Position numbers and translations under genes: made by a program
Shown here: piece after piece, positions 11,001 to 25,600 of the stretch
Position numbering within the stretch: position 1 is the stretch's first letter
How the letters are laid out: each line of letters begins with the position of its first letter
Assembly (NCBI GenBank): GCA_039621445.1
Contig: CP154954.1
Span: 35,573,703-35,637,702, forward strand
Origin: Euglena gracilis
Lineage: Eukaryota
Direction: 5' to 3'
DNA length: 64,000 nucleotides
Notes under the pieces: generated by a model
Databases searched by the model: none
Seen by the model: only the letters and a program-made list of their open reading frames with translations
Told to the model about the DNA's origin: nothing

Positions 11001-14000
11001 TTGGTCCATTTTTACATGGTAACCTGGGCTGACCTGGTAAATGTCCCCCGGAATGGTCGAATGCACCCATCTAAATGTGCTCATTTCTTGCAACCAACAT
11101 TCCCGCTGCATGTTTTTCTTACCATTAAACCACGACAATCATGAAACCAACGGGTCCCTGACTTTGGAGGCCTCCTGGAACACCCATTCGGTTACTCGGA
11201 GTAAGGCCCAATTTGGTCCATTTTTACATGGTAACCTGGGATGACCTGGTAAATGTCCCCCGGAATGGTCGAATGCACCCATCTGAATCTACTCGGAGTA
11301 AGGCCCAATTTGGTCAATTTTTACATGGTAACCTGGGATGACCTGGTAAATGTCCCCCGGAATGGTCGAATGCACCCATCTAAATCTGCTCATTTCTTGC
11401 AACCAACCTTCCCGCTGCATGTTTTTCTTACCATTAAACCACGACAATCATGAAACCAACGGGTCCCCTGACTTTGGAGGCCTCCTGGAACACCCATTCG
11501 GTTACTCGGAGTAAGGCCCAATTTGGTCCATTTTTACATGGTAACCTGGGCTGACCTGGTAAATGTCCCCCGGAATGGTCGAATGCACCCATCTAAATGT
11601 GCTCATTTCTTGCAACCAACATTCCCGCTGCATGTTTTCTTACCATTAAACCACGACAATCATGAAACCAACGGGTCCCCTGACTTTGGAGGCCTCCTGG
11701 AACACCCATTCGGTTACTCGGAGTAAGGCCCAATTTGGTCCATTTTTACATGGTAACCTGGGCTGACCTGGTAAATGTCCCCCGGAATGGTCGAATGCAC
11801 CCATCTAAATGTGCTCATTTCTTGCAACCAACATTCCCGCTGCATGTTTTTCTTACCATTAAACCACGACAATCATGAAACCAACGGGTCCCCTGACTTT
11901 GGAGGCCTCCTGGAACACCCATTCGGTTACTCGGAGTAAGGCCCAATTTGGTCCATTTTTACATGGTAACCTGGGCTGACCTGGTAAATGTCCCCCGGAA
12001 TGGTCGAATGCACCCATCTAAATCTGCTCATTTCTTGCAACCAACCTTCCGGCTGCATGTTTTTCTTACCATTAAACCACGACAATCATGAAACCAACGG
12101 GTCCCCTGACTGTGGAGGCCTCCTGGAACACCCATTCGGTTACTCGGAGTAAGGCCCAATTTGGTCCATTTTTACATGGTAACCTGGGCTGACCTGGTAA
12201 ATGTCCCCCGGAATGGTCGAATGCACCCATCTAAATGTGCTCATTTCTTGCAACCAACCTTCCCGCTGCATGTTTTCTTACCATTAAACCACGACAATCA
12301 TGAAACCAACGGGTCCCCTGACTTTGGAGGCCTCCTGGAACACCCATTCGGTTACTCGGAGTAAGGCCCAATTTGGTCCATTTTTACATGGTAACCTGGG
12401 CTGACCTGGTAAATGTCCCCCGGAATGGTCGAATGCACCCATCTAAATCTGCTCATTTCTTGCAACCAACATTCCGGCTGCATGTTTTTCTTACCATTAA
12501 ACCACGACAATCATGAAACCAACGGGTCCCCTGACTTTGGAGGCCTCCTGGAACACCCATTCGGTAACTCGGAGTAAGGCCCAATTTGGTCCATTTTTAC
12601 ATGGTAACCTGGGCTGACCTGGTAAATGTCCCCCGGAATGGTCGAATGCACCCATCTAAATCTGCTCATTTCTTGCAACCAACCTTCCCGCTGCATGTTT
12701 TCTTACCATTAAACCACGACAATCATGAAACCAACGGGTCCCCTGACTTTGGAGGCCTCCTGGAACACCCATTCGGTTACTCGGAGTAAGGCCCAATTTG
12801 GTCCATTTTTACATGGTAACCTGGGCTGACCTGGTAAATGTCCCCCGGAATGGTCGAATGCACCCATCTAAATCTGCTCACTTCTTGCAATCAACCTTCC
12901 GCTGCATGTTTTTCTTTCCATTAAACCACGACAATCATGAAACCAACGGGTCCCCTGACTTTGGAGGCCTCCTGGAACACCCATTCGGTTACTCGGAGTA
13001 AGGCCCAATTTGGTCCATTTTTACATGGTAACCTGGGCTGACCTGGTAAATGTCCCCCGGAATGGTCGAATGCACCCATCTAAATGTGCTCATTTCTTGC
13101 AACCAACATTCCGCTGCATGTTTTTCTTACCATTAAACCACGACAATCATGAAACCAACGGGTCCCCTGACTTTGGAGGCCTCCTGGAACACCCATTCGG
13201 TTACTCGGAGTAAGGCCCAATTTGGTCCATTTTTACATGGTAACCTGGGCTGACCTGGTAAATGTCCCCCGGAATGGTCGAATGCACCCATCTAAATCTG
13301 CTCATTTCTTGCAACCAACCTTCCGCTGCATGTTTTTTCTTACCATTAAACCACGACAATCATGAAACCAACGGGTCCCCTGACTTTGGAGGCCTCCTGG
13401 AACACCCATTCGGTTACTCGGAGTAAGGCCCAATTTGGTCCATTTTTACATGGTAACCTGGGCTGACCTGGTAAATGTCCCCCGGAATGGTCGAATGCAC
13501 CCATCTAAATCTGCTCATTTCTTGCAACCAACCTTCCGGCTGCATGTTTTTCTTATTATTAAACCACGACAATCATGAAACCAACGGGTCCCCTGACTTT
13601 GGAGGCCTCCTGGAACACCCATTCGGTTACTCGGAGTAAGGCCCAATTTGGTCCATTTTTACATGGTAACCTGGGCTGACCTGGTAAATGTCCCCCGGAA
13701 TGGTCGAATGCACCCATCTAAATCTGCTCATTTTTTGCAACCAACATTCCCGCTGCATTTTTTTCTTAACATTAAACCACGACAATCATGAAACCAACGG
13801 GTCCCCTGACTTTGGAGGCCTCCTGGAACACCCATTCGGTTACTCGGAGTAAGGCCCAATTTGGTCCATTTTTACATGGTAACCTGGGCTGACCTGGTAA
13901 ATGTCCCCCGGAATGGTCGAATGCACCCATCTAAATCTGCTCATTTCTTGCAACCAACCTTCCGGCTGCATGTTTTTCTTACCATTAAACCACGACAATC

Positions 14001-17000
14001 ATGAAACCAACGGGTCCCCTGACTTTGGAGGCCTCCTGGAACACCCATTCGGTTACTCGGAGTAAGGCCCAATTTGGTCCATTTTTACATGGTAACCTGG
14101 GCTGACCTGGTAAATGTCCCCCGGAATGGTCGAATGCACCCATCTAAATCTGCTCATTTCTTGCAACCAACCTTCCGGCTGCATGTTTTTCTTACCATTA
14201 AACCACGACAATCATGAAACCAACGGGTCCCCTGACTTTGGAGGCCTCCTGGAACACCCATTCGGTTACTCGGAGTAAGGCCCAATTTGGTCCATTTTTA
14301 CATGGTAACCTGGGCTGACCTGGTAAATGTCCCCCGGAATGGTCGAATGCACCCATCTAAATGTGCTCATTTCTTGCAACCAACATTCCGCTGCATGTTT
14401 TTCTTACCATTAAACCACGACAATCATGAAACCAACGGGTCCCCTGACTTTGGAGGCCTCCTGGAACACCCATTCGGTTACTCGGAGTAAGGCCCAATTT
14501 GGTCCATTTTTACATGGTAACCTGGGCTGACCTGGTAAATGTCCCCCGGAATGGTCGAATGCACCCATCTAAATCTGCTCATTTCTTGCAACCAACCTTC
14601 CGGCTGCATGTTTTTCTTACCATTAAACCACGACAATCATGAAACCAACGGGTCCCCTGACTTTGGAGGCCTCCTGGAACACCCATTCGGTAACTCGGAG
14701 TAAGGCCCAATTTGGTCCATTTTTACATGGTAACCTGGGCTGACCTGGTAAATGTCCCCCGGAATGGTCGAATGCACCCATCTAAATCTGCTCATTTCTT
14801 GCAACCAACCTTCCGGCTGCATGTTTTTCTTACCATTAAACCACGACAATCATGAAACCAACGGGTCCCCTGACTTTGGAGGCCTCCTGGAACACCCATT
14901 CGGTACCTCGGAGTAAGGCCCAATTTGGTCCATTTTTACATGGTAACCTGGGCTGACCTGGTAAATGTCCCCCGGAATGGTCGAATGCACCCATCTAAAT
15001 GTGCTCATTTCTTGCAACCAACATTCCCGCTGCATGTTTTTCTTACCATTAAACCACGACAATCATGAAACCAACGGGTCCCCTGACTTTGGAGGCCTCC
15101 TGGAACACCCATTCGGTTACTCGGAGTAAGGCCCAATTTGGTCCATTTTTACATGGTAACCTGGGCTGACCTGGTAAATGTCCCCCGGAATGGTCGAATG
15201 CACCCATCTAAATGTGCTCATTTCTTGCAACCAACATTCCCGCTGCATTTTTTTCTTACCATTAAACCACGACAATCATGAAACCAACGGGTCCCCTGAC
15301 TTTGGAGGCCTCCTGGAACACCCATTCGGTTACTCGGAGTAAGGCCCAATTTGGTCCATTTTTACATGGTAACCTGGGCTGACCTGGTAAATGTCCCCCG
15401 GAATGGTCGAATGCACCCATCTAAATCTGCTCATTTCTTGCAACCAACATTCCGGCTGCATGTTTTTCTTACCATTAAACCACGACAATCATGAAACCAA
15501 CGGGTCCCCTGACTTTGGAGGCCTCCTGGAACACCCATTCGGTAACTCGGAGTAAGGCCCAATTTGGTCCATTTTTACATGGTAACCTGGGCTGACCTGG
15601 TAAATGTCCCCCGGAATGGTCGAATGCACCCATCTAAATGTGCTCATTTCTTGCAACCAACATTCCGGCTGCATGTTTTTCTTACCATTAAACCACGACA
15701 ATCATGAAACCAACGGGTCCCCTGACTTTGGAGGCCTCCTGGAACACCCATTCGGTAACTCGGAGTAAGGCCCAATTTGGTCCATTTTTACATGGTAACC
15801 TGGGCTGACCTGGTAAATGTCCCCCGGAATGGTCGAATGCACCCATCTAAATCTGCTCATTTCTTGCAACCAACATTCCCGCTGCATGTTTTTCTTACCA
15901 TTAAACCACGACAATCATGAAACCAACGGGTCCCCTGACTTTGGAGGCCTCCTGGAACACCCATTCGGTTACTCGGAGTAAGGCCCAATTTGGTCCATTT
16001 TTACATGGTAACCTGGGCTGACCTGGTAAATGTCCCCCGGAATGGTCGAATGCACCCATCTAAATCTGCTCATTTCTTGCAACCAACATTCCGGCTGCAT
16101 GTTTTTCTTACCATTAAACCACGACAATCATGAAACCAACGGGTCCCCTGACTTTGGAGGCCTCCTGGAACACCCATTCGGTAACTCGGAGTAAGGCCCA
16201 ATTTGGTCCATTTTTACATGGTAACCTGGGCTGACCTGGTAAATGTCCCCCGGAATGGTCGAATGCACCCATCTAAATCTGCTCATTTCTTGCAACCAAC
16301 ATTCCGGCTGCATGCTTTTCTTACCATTAAACCACGACAATCATGAAACCAACGGGTCCCCTGACTTTGGAGGCCTCCTGGAACACCCATTCGGTTACTC
16401 GGAGTAAGGCCCAATTTGGTCCATTTTTACATGGTAACCTGGGCTGACCTGGTAAATGTCCCCCGGAATGGTCGAATGCACCCATCTAAATCTGCTCATT
16501 TCTTGCAACCAACCTTCCGGCTGCATGTTTTTCTTACCATTAAACCACGACAATCATGAAACCAACGGGTCCCCTGACTTTGGAGGCCTCCTGGAACACC
16601 CATTCGGTAACTCGGAGTAAGGCCCAATTTGGTCCATTTTTACATGGTAACCTGGGCTGACCTGGTAAATGTCCCCCGGAATGGTCGAATGCACCCATCT
16701 AAATCTGCTCATTTCTTGCAACCAACATTCCGGCTGCATGTTTTTCTTACCATTAAACCACGACAATCATGAAACCAACGGGTCCCCTGACTTTGGAGGC
16801 CTCCTGGAACACCCATTCGGTTACTCGGAGTAAGGCCCAATTTGGTCCATTTTTACATGGTAACCTGGGCTGACCTGGTAAATGTCCCCCGGAATGGTCG
16901 AATGCACCCATCTAAATCTGCTCATTTCTTGCAACCAGCATTCCCGCTGCATGTTTTTCTTACCATTAAACCACGACAATCATGAAACCAACGGGTCCCC

Positions 17001-20000
17001 TGACTTTGGAGGCCTCCTGGAACACCCATTCGGTTACTCGGAGTAAGGCCCAATTTGGTCCATTTTTACATGGTAACCTGGGCTGACCTGGTAAATGTCC
17101 CCCGGAATGGTCGAATGCACCCATCTAAATCTGCTCATTTCTTGCAACCAACATTCCCGCTGCATGTTTTTCTTACCATTAAACCACGACAATCATGAAA
17201 CCAACGGGTCCCCTGACTTTGGAGGCCTCCTGGAACACCCATTCGGTTACTCGGAGTAAGGCCCAATTTGGTCCATTTTTACATGGTAACCTGGGCTGAC
17301 CTGGTAAATGTCCCCCGGAATGGTCGAATGCACCCATCTAAATCTGCTCATTTCTTGCAACCAACCTTCCGGCTGCATGTTTTTCTTACCATTAAACCAC
17401 GACAATCATGAAACCAACGGGTCCCCTGACTTTGGAGGCCTCCTGGAACACCCATTCGGTTACTCGGAGTAAGGCCCAATTTGGTCCATTTTTACATGGT
17501 AACCTGGGCTGACCTGGTAAATGTCCCCCGGAATGGTCGAATGCACCCATCTAAATGTGCTCATTTCTTGCAACCAACCTTCCGTCTGCATTTTTTCCTT
17601 GCCATTAAACCACGACAATCATGAAACCAACGGGTCCCCTGACTTTGGAGGCCTCCTGGAACACCCATTCGGTAACTCGGAGTAAGGCCCAATTTGGTCC
17701 ATTTTTACATGGTAACCTGGGCTGACCTGGTATATGTCCCTGCATGTTTTTCTTACCATTAAACCACGACAATCATGAAACCAACGGGTCCCCTGACTTT
17801 GGAGGCCTCCTGGAACACCCATTCGGTTACTCGGAGTAAGGCCCAATTTGGTCCATTTTTACATGGTAACCTGGGCTGACCTGGTAAATGTCCCCCGGAA
17901 TGGTCGAATGCACCCATCTAAATGTGCTCATTTCTTGCAACCAACATTCCCGCTGCATGTTTTTCTTACCATTAAACCACGACAATCATGAAACCAACGG
18001 GTCCCCTGACTTTGGAGGCCTCCTGGAACACCCATTCGGTAACTCGGAGTAAGGCCCAATTTGGTCCATTTTTACATGGTAACCTGGGCTGACCTGGTAA
18101 ATGTCCCCCGGAATGGTCGAATGCACCCATCTAAATCTGCTCATTTCTTGCAACCAACATTCCCGCTGCATGTTTTTCTTACCATTAAACCACGACAATC
18201 ATGAAACCAACGGGTCCCCTGACTTTGGAGGCCTCCTGGAACACCCATTCGGTAACTCGGAGTAAGGCCCAATTTGGTCCATTTTTACATGGTAACCTGA
18301 GCTGACCTGGTAAATGTCCCCCGGAATGGTCGAATGCACCCATCTAAATCTGCTCATTTCTTGCAACCAACCTTCCGTATGCATGTTCTTCTTACCATTA
18401 AACCATGACAATCATGAAACCAACGGGTCCCCTGACTTTGGAGGCCTCCTGGAACACCCATTCGGTAACTCGGAGTAAGGCCCAATTTGGTCCATTTTTA
18501 CATGGTAACCTGGGCTGACCTGGTAAATGTCCCCCGGAATGGTCGAATGCACCCATCTAAATCTGATCATTTCTTGCAACCAACATTCCCGCTGCATGTT
18601 TTTCTTACCATTAAACCACGACAATCATGAAACCAACGGGTCCCCTGACTTTGGAGGCCTCCTGGAACACCCATTCGGTTACTCGGAGTAAGGCCCAATT
18701 TGGTCCATTTTTACATGGTAACCTGGGCTGACCTGGTAAATGTCCCCCGGAATGGTCGAATGCACCCATCTAAATGTGCTCATTTCTTGCAACCAACCTT
18801 CCGTCTGCATGTTTTTCTTACCATTAAACCACGACAATCATGAAACCAACGGGTCCCCTGACTTTGGAGGCCTCCTGGAACACCCATTCGGTTACTCGGA
18901 GTAAGGCCCAATTTGGTCCATTTTTACATGGTAACCTGGGCTGACCTGGTAAATGTCCCCCGGAATGGTCGAATGCACCCATCTAAATGTGCTCATTTCT
19001 TGAAACCAACATTCTCGCTGCATGTTTTTCTTACCAATCAACCATGACAATCATGAAACCAACGGGTCCCCTGACTTTGGAGGCCTCCTGGAACACCCAT
19101 TCGGTTACTCGGAGTAAGGCCCAATTTGGTCCATTTTTACATGGTAACCTGGGCTGACCTGGTAAATGTCCCCCGGAATGGTCGAATGCACCCATCTAAA
19201 TCTGCTCATTTCTTGCAACCAACCTTCCGGCTGCAAGTTTTTCTTACCATTAAACCACGACAATCATGAAACCAACGGGTCCCCTGACTTTGGAGGCCTC
19301 CTGGAACACCCATTCGGTTACTCGGAGTAAGGCCCAATTTGGTCCATTTTTACATGGTAACCTGGGCTGACCTGGTAAATGTCCCCCGGAATGGTCGAAT
19401 GCACCCATCTAAATGTGCTCATTTCTTGCAACCAACCTTCCGTCTGCATTTTTTCCTTGCCATTAAACCACGACAATCATGAAACTAACGGGTCCCCTGA
19501 CTTTGGAGGCCTCCTGGAACACCCATTCGGTAACCGGGAGTAAGGCCCAATTTGGTCCATTTTTACATGGTAACATGGGCTGACCTGGTATATGTCCCCC
19601 GGAATGGTCATCTAAATGTGCTCATTTCTTGCAACCAACCTTCCGGCTGCATGTTTTTCTTACCATTAAACCACGACAATCATGAAACCAACGGGTCCCC
19701 TGACTTTGGAGGCCTCCTGGAACACCCATTCGGTTACTCGGAGTAAGGCCCAATTTGGTCCATTTTTACATGGTAACCTGGGCTGACCTGGTAAATGTCC
19801 CCCGGAATGGTCGAATGCACCCATCTAAATGTGCTCATTTCTTGCAACCAACATTCCCGCTGCATGTTTTTCTTACCATTAAACCACGACAATCATGAAA
19901 CCAACGGGTCCCCTGACTTTGGAGGCCTCCTGGAACACCCATTCGGTTACTCGGAGTAAGGCCCAATTTGGTCCATTTTTACATGGTAACCTGGGATGAC

Positions 20001-21862
20001 CTGGTAAATGTCCCCCGGAATGGTCGAATGCACCCATCTAAATCTACTCGGAGTAAGGCCCAATTTGGTCCATTTTTACATGGTAACCTGGGCTGACCTG
20101 GTAAATGTCCCCCGGAATGGTCGAATGCACCCATCTAAATCTGCTCATTTCTTGCAACCAACCTTCCCGCTGCATGCTTTTCTTACCGTTAAACCGCGAC
20201 AATCATGAAACCAACGGGTCCCTTGACTTTGGAGGCCTCCTGGAACACACATTCGGTTACTCGGAGTAAGGCCCAATTTGGTCCATTTTTACATGGTAAC
20301 CTGGGCTGACCTGGTAAATGTCCCCCGGAATGGTCGAATGCACCCATCTAAATGTGCTCATTTCTTGAAACCAACATTCCCGCTGCATGTTTTTCTTACC
20401 GTTAAACCGCGACAATCATGAAACCAACGGGTCCCTTGACTTTGGAGGCCTCCTGGAACACCCATTCGGTTACTCGGAGTAAGGCCCAATTTGGTCCATT
20501 TTTACATGGTAACCTGGGCTGACCTGGTAAATGTCCCCCGGAATGGTCGAATGCACCCATCTAAATCTACTCGGAGTAAGGCCCAATTTGGTCCATTTTT
20601 ACATGGTAACCTGGGATGACCTGGTAAATGTCCCCCGGAATGGTCGAATGCACCCATCTAAATGTGCTCATTTCTTGAAACCAACATTCCCGCTGCATGT
20701 TTTTCTTACCGTTAAACCGCGACAATCATGAAACCAACGGGTCCCTTGACTTTGGAGGCCTCCTGGAACACCCATTCGGTTACTCGGAGTAAGGCCCAAT
20801 TTGGTCCATTTTTACATGGTAACCTGGGCTGACCTGGTAAATGTCCCCCGGAATGGTCGAATGCACCCATCTAAATGTGCTCATTTTTTGCAACCAACCT
20901 TCCCGCTGCATGTTTTTCTTACCATTAAACCACGACAATCATGAAACCAACGGGTCCCCTGACTTTGGAGGCCTCCTGGAACACCCATTCGGTTACTCGG
21001 AGTAAGGCCCAATTTGGTCCATTTTTACGTGGTAACCTGGGCTGACCTGGTAAATGTCCCCCGGAATGGTCGAATGCACCCATCTAAATGTGCTCATTTC
21101 TTGCAACCAACATTCCCGCTGCATGTTTTTCTTACCATTAAACCGCGACAATCATGAAACCAACGGGTCCCTTGACTTTGGAGGCCTCCTGGAACACCCA
21201 TTCGGTTACTCGGAGTAAGGCCCAATTTGGTCCACTTTTACATGGTAACCTGGGATGACCTGGTAAATGTCCCCCGGAATGGTCGAATGCACCCATCTAA
21301 ATCTGCTCATTTCTTGCAACCAACATCCCCGCTGCATTTTTTTCTTACCATTAAACCACGACAATCATGAAACCAACGGGTCCCCTGACTTTGGAGGCCT
21401 CCTGGAACACCCATTCGGTTACTCGGAGTAAGGCCAAGTTTGGTCCATTTTTACATGGTAACCTGGGCTGACCTGGTAAATGTCCCCCGGAATGGTCGAA
21501 TGCACCCGTCTAAATCTGCTCATTTCTTGCAACCAACCTTCCGGCTGCATGTTTTTCTTACCAATCAACCACGACAATCATGAAACCAACGGGTCCCCTG
21601 AATTTGGAGGCCTCCTGGAACACCCATTCGGTTACTCTGAGTAAGGCCCAATTTGGTCCATTTTTACATGGTAACCTGGGCTGACCTGGTAAATGTACCC
21701 CGGAATGGTCGAATGCACCTATCTAAATGTGCTAATTTCTTGCAACCAACCTTCCGGCTGCATGTTTTTCTTACCATTAAACCACGACAATCATGAAACC
21801 AACGGGTCCCCTGACTTTGGAGGCCTCCTGGAACACCCATTCGGTTATTCGGAGTAAGGCCC
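8020..21862 (+). repeat. 213-bp tandem satellite array (~65 units)
   Basis: The unit ATCATGAAACCAACGGGTCCCCTGACTTTGGAGGCC...ACCATTAAACCACGACA recurs every 212-213 bp (e.g. 8168, 8381, 8594 in register), with a few deletion variants. Confidence 0.98.
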
Positions 21863-21868
21863 GGTAAT

Positions 21869-22557
21869 TGTGCGCGGTCCGATGGTGCCCGCCCTAAGGC
21901 GGGGTCCCAAGGGGGCCCAAAGGGGCCACGAAGGGCCGCAAGGTGGCTCCAAGGCCCCCAAGGACCTTTTGAGGTCCCACTGGCCCCCAAAGGGGCCCCA
22001 CAGCCCATTTTGAGCAAGCCAAGGGAAGGTAAAGGAGGGGGCAGTTTGAGGGGGCCAACAGGCAACCCCCAAGGGGATGCGCAAGCCCTGCAGGGCTTTG
22101 CGCAAGCATGCGCACCCCCTTGGTGGGCGCTTGGGATGGTGCAATTCATTAAGAATTGCGCAAAATATACCAAGTAGCCCCCCCAGCTGTAGCCCCCCTC
22201 CAATTACACATTTTCTGCACAGGGCCCTGTTTACACTCTGTTCACATACTGTGTCTCTGTTCATTGTTTGGCATTCAATTGTGTTTTTGCATTTGGCAAT
22301 CAACAAACAATCAAACAAGTTCAAGCAAACAAGTCCAAGTCATTGACCAGATTATTCAATCAAGTTCAATTGAGTGGACCCCAAAAGTATGTATTTTTCC
22401 AATTCTGCAGCTTCACCTACACCAACACCAATCCCTACCCCACTTTTTCACCAAGGGGAAACCCTGTGGGCCCGACGGGCTCAAATTTTAACGATCCTAC
22501 GCGGGTTGCGCCACCAGGGGTCCCTTCACAGGGACCTCAGGAGGGGCAACACCTACA
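21869..22557 (+). repeat. 5' LTR (689 bp)
   Basis: TGTGCGCGGTCC...GGCAACACCTACA. Direct repeat of 36628-37316 with roughly 25 differences by eye. Contains the near-palindrome TGCGCAAGCCCTGCAGGGCTTTGCGCA (~22078). Confidence 0.95.
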
Positions 22558-22575
22558 TGGTCGCAGAGGGGGGTT
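22558..22575 (+). promoter_or_regulatory. Primer-binding site, initiator tRNA-Met-like
   Basis: TGGTCGCAGAGGGGGGTT abuts the LTR-terminal CA. It resembles the complement of the eukaryotic tRNA-iMet 3' end (TGGTAGCAGAG) with one mismatch. Confidence 0.75.
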
Positions 22576-22666
22576 TGAGCCCTCTGGGCTCACACTAGGT
22601 GGGGCTCACACCTGGGGATCTCCCAGATTACCAGGAGGATGAAGAGGACAACACCAGACACAAGCC

Positions 22667-25600
22667 ATGGCAGCCCCAGCCATTACGGCCGGGGCCGGCA
22701 GCTCCTGGCCATTGCTGGGCCAGCCCAGCCGGACCCCCAGCAGCAACAATATTGGGTCCGGCTTGGCAATGCCCGGCAGCCTGGGACTGCTCTCTGGCAT
22801 ACCAAGCCTGGTCATGCCGGAGTTTGTGCATGACATTACCAGGCAGGTCATGTGGCAATTCGCCATGCGGGGGAAGATCAAAGAAGAAGAACAAGAACCA
22901 GAAGAAGAAGGTGAAGAAGAATTTTCAAACCAGACCCAGCCGCTTTTACTGGAGGCGGGGCCCTGGCAGAACCCTGGGGATGCCGGGCCGGCACATGCGC
23001 CGGTGAGCCATGTCGGGTCTGGGCATTTCCCGGCCGGACCCGACCATTGCCGCTGGTGCATGCCGGGCCCGGGCATTATGGGCCCCAAGGACATGCCCCA
23101 GACGGAACCACCCAACGGCAGCTGCAGGAGCTGCCCCCAGCAGGGGAAATGGTGGAGGACGAGGACCAGACGGCCCAGGGGGGGTTGGTGCCAGAACAGA
23201 GCCCGAAGGGGAGGCACCCCCCGCACCCCCCCCAGAGGCTGTGGGAGGAGGCGGAGGCACAGGCCGCTGCCTCGGTGGTTCTGGGGCAGGAGATCCAGCG
23301 GATGGACGGTTGGGTTGGCGACCTGCAAAGTCGGCTTGCTGAAGCGGGGGCCACCACAGCTGCTTCAGTTAGCCGCCTGGAGCAGTTGGTGTCCTGCAGT
23401 TTCAGTGGGTCACCTAAAACTTCCAAGGAGTGGTGCAGCAAATGGAAAGAACCCAGGCTGGGCTAGCGTCCCAGCTGGCTGAAAATTTTCAAAATCTGCA
23501 GCAGAAGCAGATGGTAAATTTTTCTGGGTGGATGACAGCCCTGAGCGAGCTGGTGACCACCCGGCTGGGCGAAAGCCTCGGGACTGTGGCCCAACTAGCC
23601 CAGAGGGTCCAGGGGCTCGAGGCCATCGTCAGCCAGGGTCACCAGCCAGCTGAGGGGCAGGGGTTCAACGAGGCGATGGCTGGGCGGGTGAAAAACTTTG
23701 AGGAGCTGCTCATCACTTCCGTCCGGACGACGCAGGAGGTGATGAGGAGCCGGGAGCTGGCCAGCGGGCGGCAGCAGGCCCAGGCCGAGGCCCTGGACCA
23801 AAAATTAAACCAGCTGACGGATGAACTCGGGGGGCTGCGAGAAAGAAATGCAGGAATTGCACAGGCCCTGCAAAATTTTCGAGCAGAGCTGGACGGACAG
23901 GCCACAGCCATCGCCGAACAACAAGGGACCATAAGGGAAGACATAAGGGAGCTAAGGGCCAGGGCTGAGGGGCAGGGCCACAGCCTGCAGGAGCTGTGGG
24001 CCGAGGTCACCACCCACGGGCAGGTGATCCAGGCCCACAACGCCCTGCTCCTGGAGGTGGACTCAACAACAAAGGGGGGGCACCAAAAGAAAATGCCGAA
24101 ATACAAAATCGGATTTTCGTTTTGGAAAAGAAAATCGAAAAATTTGAAATTTTTTGCCCCCCCATCCAGGAGTACCGCAGCCACCCAGAGCAGTGGTGCC
24201 GGAGAGCGAGGACTCCCGAGGACCCGAAGCCAGAGTGCCCCCGGCAACCACAGACTCCCAGACCCAGTCCACGCCGGAGGCCCAGAGTGCCAATGGCTCG
24301 GGTGCCGCGGGGGGCAATATGCCTCCTGGCCCCCAGCACCAGCTCCCGGTCCATCCCAGCGTGCTGGGAGGCAAGGGGCCCGTGGCCCCCCAGGGCCTCT
24401 CTGCTGGCCCCAGCAGCGGGGCAGCGAGGGCAGTGGCCAACACACCCGGGGAAGTGGTATCCCCGGGCCCAGCTTCTGTAACTGCAGTTTTTCCCAGTGG
24501 GTTCTCGGGTTCTGGCCCCCAGAGGGGCAGGAGTGTTGTCCCTGGTTCTTCGGCAGAGGAGAATGCAGCACCCCCAGCCAGCGGGGGCCCTTCGGCACCA
24601 AGGGGCAGCCAGCCCCAGGGTCCCATGGCTGCGGGGGGCAGCCAGCCCAAGGGCCCCATGGCTGCGGGGGGCAGCCAGCCCCAGGGCCCCATGGCTGCGG
24701 GGGGCAGCCAGCCCCAGGGTCCCATGGCTGCGGGGGGCAGTCCGGTCCAGGTCCCCGCTGCTGGAGGGACCCCAGCTGCCCAAACACCTGGAACGTTCGG
24801 GTTCCAGGGGGTGGATTGGGAGGAAGCGGAACGCCAGATTAAGGCTCACGGAGTTTTTAATTTTTTGTCCAGGTTGGGAGCCCAGGAGCAGCAGCAACAG
24901 TCTCAGAAAACTTCACGAACAACGGGACAGTCCAGCACAGCGGAACCACAGACAGCAGGCACAGCGGAACTACAGGGACAGGGCAGGGATCAATCAGGGG
25001 TGAAATCAGCCGAGCACCAGTGGCCCCCCCAGCCCCGTGGGTTCCCCGCAGGAGGGGAGTTCACGGGGGCAATTGACCCTTTCGCCTGGGCCCCTGAGGC
25101 TGGGGCAGCATCGTGCAGCGCTGTCCCTCTGGCATTTGGGTCCCAGGACACGGGAGCCTGGGTCCGGGGGGTCCAGGCAGCTCCGGTCCACGTGGCGCCA
25201 GCAGCCCCCAGCCCAGCAGCCAGCATGTTTTTGGGGCCGCTGTCGACACTCCTCACCAAAGACCTTGTAAAACCAGAGCTGAAAGGGGATTTTCATGATT
25301 TTTCAGTAAAATTTCAGCTTTACATGCAGCAGGTTTCCATGGGACAGCCAGCGGGGGAGGAATTTAAAATGCTTGTTCTGACCGGCTGCCTGGACCACAG
25401 CAGCCGGCTGGAACTCCAGCAGCGACAGGAGATGGGGGAACGGGTCAGGTTCCAGGATTTCTGGAACTGGCTGGCCCAGAAATACGGCGGTGACATCCAG
25501 GCCTCGCTGCATGAGCAGCTCAGGGCCCTCAGGCCGGCAAACACGGGAAAGTTAACCCTCCCAGCGTGGCGTGAATATGAAAGCCAGTTTGAATTAATTT

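Noticed and set aside
21863-21868. Target-site duplication for the full-length element
   Set aside because: The left flank GGTAAT does not match the right flank TGGTAG or CAATT exactly; no convincing 4-6 bp TSD.
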